Assembly (NCBI GenBank): GCA_963843555.1
Contig: CAWJKV010000002.1
Span: 128,001-192,000, forward strand
From: an uncultured Methanosarcinales archaeon
GTDB lineage: Archaea > Halobacteriota > Methanosarcinia > Methanotrichales > Methanotrichaceae
Direction: 5' to 3'
DNA length: 64,000 nt
Under the pieces are notes generated by a model. It was not told the DNA's origin. It was given only the letters and a program-made list of their open reading frames with translations, and did not search any database. Positions within the stretch are counted from its first letter, which is position 1. Each line of letters starts with the position of its first letter. The translations under genes and the position numbers were made by a program. Positions 44,118-54,011 of the stretch are shown here, in pieces.

Positions 44118-46450
44118 CTCATCGCCTCCACAAGACCCGTGGTCCATGCTGCTCTTGCCTCATCCAGGTCCAGGTCGGCCACAGTCTCGCCTGATCTTGA
44201 CATTTTAATCCGTCTCTTGCTTGTTACCTGGCCGATATGCATCGGCTCCAGGTTATGACTTCCTCAGAAGCTCCTCCAGTCTGGCCTCCTTTCCGGATTT
44301 TGCTTCCAGGACAAAACCAGAGGACTCAGAGAAGAGCAGTTTGTCGGTTCTCATACCGAGGTCTCCGGACGGGACACAGTCCAGATTCAGATCGAATCCG
44401 AACCTTGCAGGCCTGGTCAGTGCCATCTCCATTACTGTCGCCGCCAGGCCGCCGTTGGAGATGTCATGCGCTGCTGCGAGCAGGCCCTCATCTATGGCGT
44501 CGATGACGGCATAGATCATGCTCCTCTCCAGATCGAACCGGACAATGGGAACATTTGCTCCCATGACCCCGAATATGGTTCGGTAGTACTCCGAGCCGCC
44601 CAGCTCGTCAAATCTCGGCCCGATCAGATAGAGCCTGTCGCCGGGAGCCTTCAGCTCCATGGTGATGGCTTTGCTGAAGTCCTTCATGATGCCCACGCAG
44701 GCGACCACGGGTGACGGGTCCACTGAGCCCTGGGGCGATTCATTGTAGAAGCTCACATTGCCGGAGACTATTGGAACAGGCAGCTGCTGATCTCCATAGC
44801 CCTTCAGCCAGATCTTCTTGCAGGATTCGGCGAGGCCCTTCACGCCTTCCCGGAACTCCCAGAAGGCTTCCGGCTTCTCAGGGTTGCCGTAGTTCAGGCA
44901 GTCGGTTAGAGTTGATGGCGTGGCGCCGATGGCGGCCACATTTCTCATGGCCTCGGCCACGGCTGTAGCTCCGCCCCAGTAGGGACTGATTCTGCCGTAG
45001 AAGGGATTGGAGTCCACAGCTCAAGGCTACACCGAACTTCTCGCCCCGGACAGGCGCAATCAGTCCGGCGTCCGCCTCTCCAGGCCGGATCACGGCGTTG
45101 CCCATGACCTCGGTATCGTAGTATCTGTAGACATGCTCCCGGGAAGCGATGTTGGGGGAGTGCAGAATCTTGAGGAGGACCTCATTGTAGTCCGCAGGCT
45201 CCTCGAATTCCGGCTCGGCCTCGCTGTAGATGCGCTCCTGTTCCGGACGTTCGTAGCGGATGCCTGCTGTCAGGTGCTGTATCGGCACATCGCAGACGGT
45301 CTCGCCCTTATACTGGACTGTAAATCTGTCGCCGCGTATTTATCTTGCCCACGACGCTGGCTCTTGCGCCCTCGTAGACGTTGGGCAGGTCCCAGTCCTC
45401 GTTGTAGATCTTGAGTATCTTCTCGCGTAGCTCCGGCGGCGAGACGATCAGGAAACGCTCCTGGGTCTCGGCGATGCTCAGCACCTCGGGAGGGAAGTCG
45501 CCGGCTTTGTGCATCTCGTCCAGGTTGATCTCCATGCCAAAGCCGCCTGCAGAGCCCATCTCGGATGTGGCGCAGGTGAAGCCGCCGCCGCCCAGATCCT
45601 TGAAGCCGATCTCGATGCCCGACTCGCGGACCAGTCGGAAGAGATCGTCATTGGCCTTGAAGAGCACATTCTTCAGGAAGGGGTCCGGGATCTGCACAGC
45701 GCCGCGGTTGGTCTCCTCGTCTTCTTCTCGCAGGGCCTCAGAGGCGAAGGTGACGCCCCCGAGACCCGATGAGTCGGTCGGCTTGCCGATGAGGATCACG
45801 TCGTAGCCCCCGGCCCCTGCCAGGGGAGGCGCCCGCGAGCGGATGATCTGGTCGCGGCGGACGATGCCCAGGGAGACGACGTTCACCAGGCAGTTGTCGT
45901 CGAAGCTCTCGTTGAAGACTATGTCGCCGCCCATGTTGGGCACGCCCAGAGCATTGCCGTACTGCCAGATTCCGTCCACCACGCCCTCAGCCACCCAGCG
46001 CACCTTGCTGGCCTTGGGGCCGTAAGGGTCGCCGAAGCGCAGCGGATCGGCTGTGGCGACCACAGTCGCCCCCATGCAGTTCACGTCGCGGACAATTCCA
46101 CCGATGCCTGTCGCTGCGCCTTCGTTGGGCAGGATCTGGCTGGGGTGGTTGTGGCTCTCGTGGGATATGACGACGCACCAGTTGTCATCGATGGCAACTA
46201 TTCCGGAGTCCTCGACCGGGCCCATGACGACGTTGGGGCCGTCGGTGGGAAGGAATTCTTTCAGTGTGGCGCGGGAGCTCTTGTAGGAGCAGTGCTCCGA
46301 CCACATGGCATCATAGCAGTATAACTCGGTGAGGCTGGGGTCGCGGCCCAGAACCTCGGCAATGGAACGCGCTTCTGCGACGGACATGCCTATACCGGCA
46401 TCGCGCAGACTGGATTCTACTTCAGGATCGGCAAGACCGATTATCTTCAA
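44114..46450 (-). CDS. purL: FGAM synthase subunit PurL; about three frameshifts
   Basis: WSEHCSYKSS, ESHNHPS, GAATGIGGIVRD, DLGGGG, ETQER, CLNYGNPE, SGNVSFYN, HDISNGG, FSES. Confidence 0.95.
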
Positions 46451-47049
46451 TTCGGGTACACCTCTGCAATTATGCGCTATTCATTCGAGGAGCGTTATGA
46501 ATTTATCGATCCGAGAGGAAGGGAATGGGGGGTATGAAAAGGTGTGAAAACGACGGGAAAGTGGGCGGGGATGAGGGCGAGATAAAGGTCCCAATGGGGG
46601 AGATCTGCCAGATCGGTATACTAGAGGAGGAGAGGTTGGAGAGATTACTGCCCCTGGGATTATCGAGTACTAATCACAGGAGCAGCAAATGATGTGGATC
46701 CATGAGCTTGACTGGTCCAAGGGAAGGGCGGCAGAGCGGGTAGTTGAAATTCTTTAGTCCGAAAAGGCTTTGTAGAGAGTCACATCTATGCCCCCAAGTG
46801 GATCTGAGAATATCGTGATATCCAAGCCAAGCCAACGATGATTAATACTGCCTCAAGGTAATCCAGGGCTTACGACCCGTTTCTTACTCGCTTCCGCAAT
46901 GGACCTAATTAGTAGTCCAATATTTCCGGAAACTGGCCGACCGGCGTTCTGAATGAATTTGGGTAGCAGCGGGGAAGCGTTCTTATCGAAAAGCCGTATA
47001 TTTCTGAAATTGAAAATTATGGATATATAATAAAGATTCTCTGCCTATC

Positions 47050-48420
47050 AGCTAGCAATGTCTTAAGTATATTTATGAATGTTTACGATGGGTAAAATGT
47101 TCAGTAGCGGATCTGCATTCATGGCATGTCGAACTTAAGTTTTTTGTATTTTAATAACGGAGCTGGAATTAATCAAAGTTCCTTCTTAAGATACAATCTC
47201 CTTGGGCGATAAGTAATAATGCCTGCTTAGCCGGAGAACTATAAAGAGGTACCTCGCCACTAGTGGATGATTTTTATCCAATAGCTTTAAAATTGGAGGC
47301 AATACAACTATATAGCATGAAGAATATAACTTATTGTATGAATATATTGGTAAAAACTGGAGGAAAAACAAGAATGATCTGAAAACAGGTAGATTAAGTT
47401 TAGAAGATTGTTTTACTCTTATTGAAGTGCAATTAAATTCGAGCTATTGCAAAGTAACGATACTGGAAAAATAAATGACATTGAGGAAAATAAAATATGC
47501 ACTCACATTGATAATTGACGAACGGAATCTAATTAACCTATTTGAGAAAGAATCCTTTCAATAGAATTAGGGCCACAGATTATTATCGCCACGCTTCTGA
47601 CGAGATGCTACATGAGGCTGATTAGCGAAGATATTAATCATAGATACGAAAATAAATCTGACTTATAACATTCAATTACGATTACTTTATTGAGCATTCT
47701 ACAGAAACTAGCTTCGAAATTCAAAGTCGATCCAACCTGCGATTCGAAGGTTGTTTGGGGCTGGAGAAAAAGCTCTTGGTTATGGCATTACAATCTTGAA
47801 ATTGAAAGATCGAGACATATCAATCTTTCAAATGGAGACAAGTGGATTAAAGGAGAAGATTCCACATGAATGAGAGGTCTCCTGCCCATGGAGTTTATTA
47901 AAATTGCAGGATTGTTAAATTGGGACTTTCAAAGACTAATGCCCTTGCACATCATCCTGATTTTGCAGATGAACCGAAATTCCCATTGCCAACGGAAACT
48001 AGCCAAGCGAACAAATCTCTTCGATTTTGGGAGAGTCAAGGAATCCAATGACTATGGGCAATTTTGACTCATTAATGGACAGATATGAATTAAAAAGAGA
48101 AATCGGGCCGATTTATTATAGCACCAGAAATCCATAGAAACCTATTCTGCTTACAAGAAAAAATTATTGCACATGTTTTTGTTTGATTTATGGGAATCAG
48201 CGGAAAAAGACGACCTTCTAGGAGCAAAACTTTAAGGGTTATGAATAAGGGTGGATTCATTTCCTGAATCAGATATCCGAACAAGAGAACTATTTGAGAG
48301 GGCTTTCTGTAGGAATAATGCAGAAAGACTTAGGAGTAGCTAATTCCAGACAAATCAATTGATTTCAAAGCAAAAAAGCTATGAAACCTTAATAAATCAA
48401 TAACCCGATATGACGAGCTT
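47050..48420 (+). pseudogene. Low-GC, heavily decayed coding-like sequence of unknown family
   Basis: A-rich, codon-like composition on the + strand but only short broken ORFs. Confidence 0.3.
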
Positions 48421-48571
48421 AAAGACGTACCTCGGATCGCTGGGCATGTGGTAACCTTTCATATCCTAAAACCGCTTTGCCTCCTGATAGCCCTTAGACT
48501 GGTTCTTTGGCTGTCTTGGCATCCCTTAACATATACTCAATGGTGCAGGGACCGGGCAGATCACTGGGACC

Positions 48572-48681
48572 GCCCGCATGCTCCCGCGCCCGTGAGCGAG
48601 CGACCCTTCCGGGCTCCCGGCTCCGACCGCTGCCACCCACAGGGCTGCCGGGCCGGAGGGCGAGCGCCGCCAGGCTCCTGA
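48572..48681 (+). repeat. GC-rich hairpin repeat, copy A
   Basis: GCGCCCGTGAGCGAGCGACCCTTCCGGGCTCCCGGCTCCGACCGCTGCCACCCACAGGGCTGCCGGGCCGGAGGGCGAGCGCC; related copies at 50201, 52793 and 53647. Confidence 0.92.
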
Positions 48682-48795
48682 TGTGTTTCCATGAGATCCC
48701 GGTCAAACTGAAACCGCGGTGCTTTTCTCCAACTGAGCAACTTTTTCACGAAAAGTTATTTATGATAATAATGGGTAAAATGGGTAGGAGAATAT

Positions 48796-49059
48796 ATGCC
48801 GCTCGCAAAGATCGATGAAAGAGGAAGAGTGCAACTGCCAAGCCGTCTCCGGCAAAAGATGAAGCTGAAAGAAGGAGATGAATTCGTAGCGGAAGATCTG
48901 GGAGAGGATACGATTGTCCTCAAGAAGATCAACCTGCGGGCACTTCTGGAGGATGCAATTGTTAAAGCTAAGTCGGTAGACCTGGATAAGCTGGAAAAAG
49001 AGATCGAAGAGGAGAGCCTTCAGCTTGCCCGACAGAAGTTCAAGATATCTGCTCGATAA
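48796..49059 (+). CDS. AbrB/MazE-fold antitoxin (copy 1)
   Basis: KIDERGRVQLPSRLRQKMKLKEGD...IVLKK. Confidence 0.9.
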   Translation: MPLAKIDERGRVQLPSRLRQKMKLKEGDEFVAEDLGEDTIVLKKINLRALLEDAIVKAKSVDLDKLEKEIEEESLQLARQKFKISAR

Positions 49060-49135
49060 TACCGTCTTCATAGCCGAAGTGTTGCGCAAATGGACTAAGA
49101 GCACTGAACTGATTTATCATCTCCTTGATCGCTGT
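49035..49135 (+). pseudogene. N-terminal stub of a PIN toxin
   Basis: RYLLDNTVFIAEVLRKWTKSTELIYHLLD overlaps the AbrB end and stops at a partial hairpin repeat (49147). Confidence 0.55.
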
Positions 49136-49146
49136 CAGGAAGCGGG

Positions 49147-49170
49147 CCCACAGGGCTGCCGGGCTGGCTG
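49147..49170 (+). repeat. Partial copy of the hairpin repeat
   Basis: CCCACAGGGCTGCCGGGC, identical to the core of copies A and B. Confidence 0.75.
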
Positions 49171-49231
49171 AATGGACGCAGGCCCCAGAAAACCAATAGA
49201 CGCGCAGGAGATTCTGGCAAAGCTGTAAGTG

Positions 49232-49489
49232 CTAAATAGATGCACTCAGCTTTAGCTCGACCTGTCCAGCCCCTTGAGGCTTGGTCAGAAGTTTTCCTGC
49301 GCGAAATTCTCTCATGATCTTATCTATTTTTCTTGTAGTCTCGATTGAGAAATAGGCCTCACTGCAGCTATCGCAAACATAGGCCGGCACATCTCTGATT
49401 ACTACCATCTCTCCCTCGACTTTAGCAGTGAAATCGGTTGTGCCCTTCTTGAGCCTCCCTTTTCCGCAACTGCAGATATCGGGAATCAT
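49232..49489 (-). CDS. YgiT-type zinc finger (MqsA-like) antitoxin
   Basis: C.CG.G...VVIRDVPAYVCDSCSEAYF. Confidence 0.85.
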   Translation of the reverse strand: MIPDICSCGKGRLKKGTTDFTAKVEGEMVVIRDVPAYVCDSCSEAYFSIETTRKIDKIMREFRAGKLLTKPQGAGQVELKLSASI

Positions 49490-49575
49490 TTTGACGTTCT
49501 CTCCCTGCAATTTATCCATTTATCTTCATCCGGCAGATACACAGTAACAACTCTGAGATAATCCGGAGAAAGCAG
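49486..49575 (-). pseudogene. 3' remnant of a DUF4258-like toxin
   Basis: DYLRVVTVYLPDEDKWINCRER*; the stop overlaps the YgiT start (ATGA). Confidence 0.6.
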
Positions 49576-49616
49576 GCCTGCCGGGCAGCCGTTCCTGAGG
49601 ATGAGCAACTTGGCAT

Positions 49617-49850
49617 TTACAGGTACTCTGCAAATTCTTCGGGATCGACTTTCGCTAGCTTTAGAACGCTTTTCAATGTTCCCGGCTTAAGCTCATCATG
49701 CATCGGAATAACTGTGCCTATCTTGCCTTGCGCCGTGACTTTAGAGAGCCTGACATGGCTTCCCGACTGTCCTGAGACCATGAATCCAAAACGATTGCAC
49801 AAGACTTTGATAACGATTTCCCCGGAGATGTCCCTCTTAAGTTTCGGCAA
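49617..49850 (-). CDS. hicA: HicA toxin
   Basis: GF....QSGSHV.L...VIPMHDELKPGTLKSVLK.A. Confidence 0.9.
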   Translation of the reverse strand: MPKLKRDISGEIVIKVLCNRFGFMVSGQSGSHVRLSKVTAQGKIGTVIPMHDELKPGTLKSVLKLAKVDPEEFAEYL

Positions 49851-50049
49851 CTTCTGTTACCTCAAAGGTGGTTATGAAAGATCTCTCCTTGATCTTTAGG
49901 GGAAACTCTTCCAGATAAAGCTCGGTAGCCTCCTTGAGATTTATCGCGGCCTCCTCAATGGTCTTTCCCTGGCTTGCGGTCCCAACTTCCGGGCACTCGG
50001 CAACGTACATGTCCTCATCTCTATGGATTACTGCGGTAAGTGTGAGCAT
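49837..50049 (-). CDS. hicB: HicB antitoxin
   Basis: YVAECPEVGTASQGKTIEEA..NLKEATELYLE. Confidence 0.9.
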   Translation of the reverse strand: MLTLTAVIHRDEDMYVAECPEVGTASQGKTIEEAAINLKEATELYLEEFPLKIKERSFITTFEVTEVAET

Positions 50050-50200
50050 ACGGATTACTATTAGCTCGGCCAGCTTAAATGTTCTCCGGAAAAATGAAGA
50101 TTCAGTAAGCGAGCGAGGTCATGAACTTCAAATTGAATTCTGCACGGCTTCAACCTACGAACGCAGGCTACAGGCTACCAATGAACAATTCTATACCAAT

Positions 50201-50321
50201 GTGCCCGCACGCGTGCTCCTGCGCCCGTGAGCTACGCGGGCAGCTGCCCCGGGCTCCCGGCCCCGACCACTGCCACCCACAGGGCTGCCGGGCCGGAGGG
50301 CGAGCGCCGCCAGGCTCCTGA
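50201..50321 (+). repeat. GC-rich hairpin repeat, copy B
   Basis: 5' half resembles copy C (GGGCAGCTGCCC); 3' half is nearly identical to copy A. Confidence 0.92.
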
Positions 50322-50435
50322 TGTGTTTTCATGAGATCCCGGTCAAACTGAAACAGCGGTGCTTTTCTCTAACTGAGCAACTTTTTCACGAAAAGTTATT
50401 AATGATAATAATGGGTAAAGTGGGTAGAAGAATAT

Positions 50436-50687
50436 ATGCCGCTCGCAAAGATCGATGAAAGAGGGAGAGTGCAACTGCCAAGCCGTCTCCGGCAAAAGAT
50501 GAAGCTGAAAGAAGGAGATGAATTCGTAGCGGAAGATCTGGGAGAGGATACGATTGTCCTCAAGAAGATCAACCTGCGGGCACTTCTGGAGGATGCAATT
50601 GTTAAAGCTAAGTCGGTAGACCTGGATAAGCTGGAAAAAGAGAACGAAGAGGAGAGCAATCAGCTTGCCCGACAGAAGTTCAAGTAA
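50436..50687 (+). CDS. AbrB/MazE-fold antitoxin (copy 2, near-identical to 48796)
   Basis: Part of a direct repeat offset by 1640 bp. Confidence 0.9.
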   Translation: MPLAKIDERGRVQLPSRLRQKMKLKEGDEFVAEDLGEDTIVLKKINLRALLEDAIVKAKSVDLDKLEKENEEESNQLARQKFK

Positions 50688-50717
50688 TGAACCGGTAGAT
50701 GTAGAAGTAGGCAGACA

Positions 50718-51935
50718 CTATTCGTCATCCATATCGCGGCCAGAACCCATGAATTCGGAAAGCATTTCCACCACGTCTATAGGACGGGCATAATGTGGGA
50801 CTGCTTCATCAGCGCTCATGCCGTTTTCCATATCTTCCACCAATTGAGGGATATCTGAGGCCAAGAACGCCTTAGTTCCTTCTTTGTAGCTTCCCGCTGC
50901 CAGCACGATGATCTCTTTGGGTTTAATCGGGTAGAGATCATGCTTGAGGAATTCCGCACTATGAGTACTGATAATGAGTTGCTTTTTGCCTGCCAGGGCC
51001 GATCCCATATACATGATGAGGCAGAGGCGATGAATGGTTCCTGAGTTTAGATAAGCTTCCGGTTTTTCCAGTATCAGAAGTGGGTTATCTTCCCAATATG
51101 ACCATAAGATGGCAAAGGCTGCCAGGGTTCCATCTGAGAATTTGTCCTGCCCATATTTTGCTCTAGGCCTGCCGATATCGAAGGTGCCCTCCAAGCTAAG
51201 CGAACCTGACTTATCGGAAGTGGCGAAGCGAAGCTTGGGCATCTGGGGCATAGCGATACTGAGGATGTCATCGATGATTCTCATCCTCTTCTCCCGTTCC
51301 GGGGCAGGCATTTTTGCCGCTCTTTGCAGGATATTCCTTCCGAAGGGGTCGCCAGGAATGTCCGCGGGCGGGAATGGATCCTGGTGGCGAAAAAGCATCG
51401 GATTAAAGTTGAGATAGCTAATAGATCCTAAAAAAATGGCCAGTTCTTTGATATCGTTGTTTGTACTGATGCTGACTGTGCGGATGATTGTAGATCTGAT
51501 AGTCTCAAGATACGTCTTATCCGGATTTGTGGCATTTGAGGCATCTATTTTGTCCGGCCGGTCCAGAATAATCTCTCCGCTCTTTCTCACTCTTTCATAG
51601 GCGAGCCTTGGCGATCCGGAAGGATCGGCTGTGATGCCCAGAGAGTAGCGATAGTAGGTTCCGGATGAAACTGAATCTGCCAGGTGCACCTCCAGCTCCA
51701 CCGCTTCTTTCTTCTTAGCAGCCGAAAATTTGATCTTTTCCAGGCCGCCTCGGGTCTGCAGAGCAAAAGAGAGACCACCCTCGGGCCGGGCGATATCGGC
51801 CAGAAAGCGAAGGGCATCGAGGAGATTGGACTTGCCGATGCCGTTCGGTCCCAGGATAAATGTGCGGGGATTCAGTGGAATATCGACCGATTGGAAGTTT
51901 TTCCAGTTCTTTAAAATTAGGCGAGAGATTATCAT
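50718..51935 (-). CDS. AAA_21/SMC-like ABC ATPase (defence-associated type)
   Basis: LKNWKNF, GPNGIGKSNLLDAL, FSDGT, LLILEKPE, ISTHS. Confidence 0.85.
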   Translation of the reverse strand: MIISRLILKNWKNFQSVDIPLNPRTFILGPNGIGKSNLLDALRFLADIARPEGGLSFALQTRGGLEKIKFSAAKKKEAVELEVHLADSVSSGTYYRYSLGITADPSGSPRLAYERVRKSGEIILDRPDKIDASNATNPDKTYLETIRSTIIRTVSISTNNDIKELAIFLGSISYLNFNPMLFRHQDPFPPADIPGDPFGRNILQRAAKMPAPEREKRMRIIDDILSIAMPQMPKLRFATSDKSGSLSLEGTFDIGRPRAKYGQDKFSDGTLAAFAILWSYWEDNPLLILEKPEAYLNSGTIHRLCLIMYMGSALAGKKQLIISTHSAEFLKHDLYPIKPKEIIVLAAGSYKEGTKAFLASDIPQLVEDMENGMSADEAVPHYARPIDVVEMLSEFMGSGRDMDDE

Positions 51936-52136
51936 TCACTTCACCTTTATATTCTCAGGCTCTCCTGGCATCTCTAATCATATCTCCATCTAATCGGTTC
52001 AATGGTCGGGGAGATGAAAAATGTTTCGAGAAACTGACTCTTGTTGCACCAGAAGAAGGATGCTTTCTTTGTCCCTCGGGCCTGCTCGAACCTACAGCAT
52101 CTTGCAGGAGAGCTTTGAATCTTATGGCCATCAAGG

Positions 52137-52194
52137 CACACAGGGCTTACGGGCGGGAGGCGAGCGCCTGCTGGTCCACCCACGACGGAGCCTG
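52137..52194 (+). repeat. Degenerate 3' half of the hairpin repeat
   Basis: CACAGGGCTTACGGGCGGGAGGCGAGCGCC...CCTGA. Confidence 0.7.
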
Positions 52195-52258
52195 ATGATT
52201 CTCAAGGTTAAGATTCCGAGATAAAGTTATATCTTCTGGCGTTGTATGAACTTCTGAT

Positions 52259-52501
52259 ATGTTCTGCGAATACATCCAGGCTGCTATCTCTATGGCGGTC
52301 TATGAAGTCATAGATGATGAAGAGCCTTATTACGGCGAAGTGCCAGAATTGAAAGGCGTTTGGGCAACCGGTAAAACTCCGGAAGAGTGCCATGAGAATT
52401 TGAAGATGGCCATAGAAGATTGGATTGCGTTTAGTCTACGATTCAATTTGCCTATCCCGGCGATTGAAGGACAGATCATAAAAGCACCTGTCGAGGCCTA
52501 G
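52259..52501 (+). CDS. hicB: HicB antitoxin
   Basis: YYGEVPELKGVWATGKTPEEC.ENL..AIEDWI...PIP. Confidence 0.88.
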   Translation: MFCEYIQAAISMAVYEVIDDEEPYYGEVPELKGVWATGKTPEECHENLKMAIEDWIAFSLRFNLPIPAIEGQIIKAPVEA

Positions 52502-52504
52502 AAC

Positions 52505-52726
52505 ACGTCAAGGTTATGCCCGGTTTCGCGGAAATGAGCTGATAAGAAAGCTGCATGCCCTCGGATTCGAAGGCCCTTATACGGGCAAAGGACCAGATCC
52601 CTTGATGTGGAAAGGAACGATCAGAGTGATGATCCCAAATCCTCATCGGGCTGATATTAGCGCTGATCTGATAAAGAAGATTCTGAGATAGGCGAGATCA
52701 GCAGAGAAGAATGGCTTTCAGCTTAG
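52505..52726 (+). pseudogene. hicA: Disrupted HicA toxin
   Basis: PVSR/ELIRKLHALGFEGPY.G...IPNPHRADISADLIKKILR*...ISREEW; no start codon, with indels and a stop. Confidence 0.75.
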
Positions 52727-52792
52727 CGAAAAAAGCTTCCAGGATCTCGGCAAAACGGTTCTTCCTGCTCGCATTCTTCAAGCCCTCTTGCA

Positions 52793-52903
52793 GCCGCATG
52801 CACGTGCTCCCGGCGCTCGTGAGCTGCGTGGGCAACTGCCCAGGCTCCCGGCTCCGACCGCCGCCACCCGAAGGGCTACCGGGCCGGAGGGCGAGCGCCC
52901 CAG
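52793..52903 (+). repeat. GC-rich hairpin repeat, copy C
   Basis: GGCGCTCG...GGCTCCCGGCTCCGACCGCCGCCACCCGAAGGGCTACCGGGCCGGAGGGCGAGCGCC; the terminal AGGCTCCTGA is displaced to ~52932. Confidence 0.9.
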
Positions 52904-52950
52904 ATCTCACCAAAGTTCAAAAGAGTTACAAAGGCTCCTGAATTAGATTA

Positions 52951-53342
52951 TTATTTTGACTCCGGTATCTTGCGTCCCTTTTCCGTGCGATCAAAATCTG
53001 CGTCGAAGCTCATTATCTGCAGGCCATACTTCTGTGCAACAGCATATTGGTAGGCATCATCAAAATCCAGATGAAACTTTTTCGAGACTCCTGCAAGAGC
53101 GAGAACCTCTTCCGGATCTAATCCGATCACAGCTATTCCTGTCTTTACTATTACATCCTTCACGAAGCGGACGTAGTTTCATGTCTATTTCTCTGCAAAA
53201 GGAAAACACCAATGGAGTGAAGCGAGAAATCCGTTATGAAAAGATCTGTGGAGGGATTTGCGATAAACAGATGCTTGGCGGCCTTGCTCTTCTCCCGCTG
53301 CAGCAAGATTTCCAAAAATATGTTTGTGTCAAGGAGGTACAT
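52951..53342 (-). CDS. vapC: VapC/PIN toxin; frameshift near 53170
   Basis: MYLLDTNIFLEILL...LDFDDAYQY...MSFDADFDRT across two ORFs. Confidence 0.82.
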
Positions 53343-53548
53343 CAGGCTCCTCTCATCTTTCCAATCATGTGCTGGAGTTCCGCAGAGGAATACTGCTCTC
53401 CCAGATCCTTTAGGGCACCTTCCCAGTCAAAATCCGGCACCTTTTGCTTCTTTTTGGTTCTTTTCTCCAGCAAAAATTCGGCATAGCTCCGAACTTCTTT
53501 TTGAATGTCTGGAGGCAATTGCTCAACGAACTTAGCGAGGGTTGTCAT
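53342..53548 (-). CDS. DUF2281-like antitoxin
   Basis: LPP..QKEV..YAEFLLEK...FDWEGALKDL..YSS.ELQH. Confidence 0.82.
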   Translation of the reverse strand: MTTLAKFVEQLPPDIQKEVRSYAEFLLEKRTKKKQKVPDFDWEGALKDLGEQYSSAELQHMIGKMRGA

Positions 53549-53646
53549 TTCTCTCTTTCAGATATAAGGTGCCCAAGCTTTTAATATTTATCCTAATAGC
53601 CTGGCGGCAAGGAAGATTTCTCTCAATCGTTAACTATGTTTCTGGC

Positions 53647-53730
53647 TGCGCGCCCGTAAGCAAGCGACCCTTCCGGGCTTCCAGCCCCGGACGCCGCCAC
53701 CCGCAGGGCAGCGGGGCCGGGGGGCAAGCT
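53647..53730 (+). repeat. GC-rich hairpin repeat, copy D (more diverged)
   Basis: GCGCCCGTAAGCAAGCGACCCTTCCGGGCTTCCAGCCCCGGACGCCGCCACCCGCAGGGCAGCGGGGCCGGGGGGCAAGC. Confidence 0.85.
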
Positions 53731-54011
53731 CAAGCTTCCCCAAAGCCGGAAGAGTCCACGATCACGATGACACCAGGATTAGATTTCTATTCTAACTCTG
53801 GTGTGGAATAGCACATTGCATTTGGGCTACGAGCCTGTGAGGTTGAAACTTCGTGGGGCTGAAAAGTTACGAGCGTAACTGGCGCAGCAATCTGTTGGGT
53901 ATCAAACACTAGATGTAGTTCTCGTAATCATCCAACTCATTCAAAATCATCCTGGCGTGTCCTTCCACTTTGTGCATGTCATAGGAGTTTTAGGTGATTC
54001 GACCTTACTCC

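Noticed and set aside
48572..53730. Canonical integron attC sites, or small ORFs within the repeats
   Set aside because: No RYYYAAC/GTTRRRY boxes and no intI. The ORFs over the repeats are GC-rich shadow frames with inconsistent starts and stops between copies.
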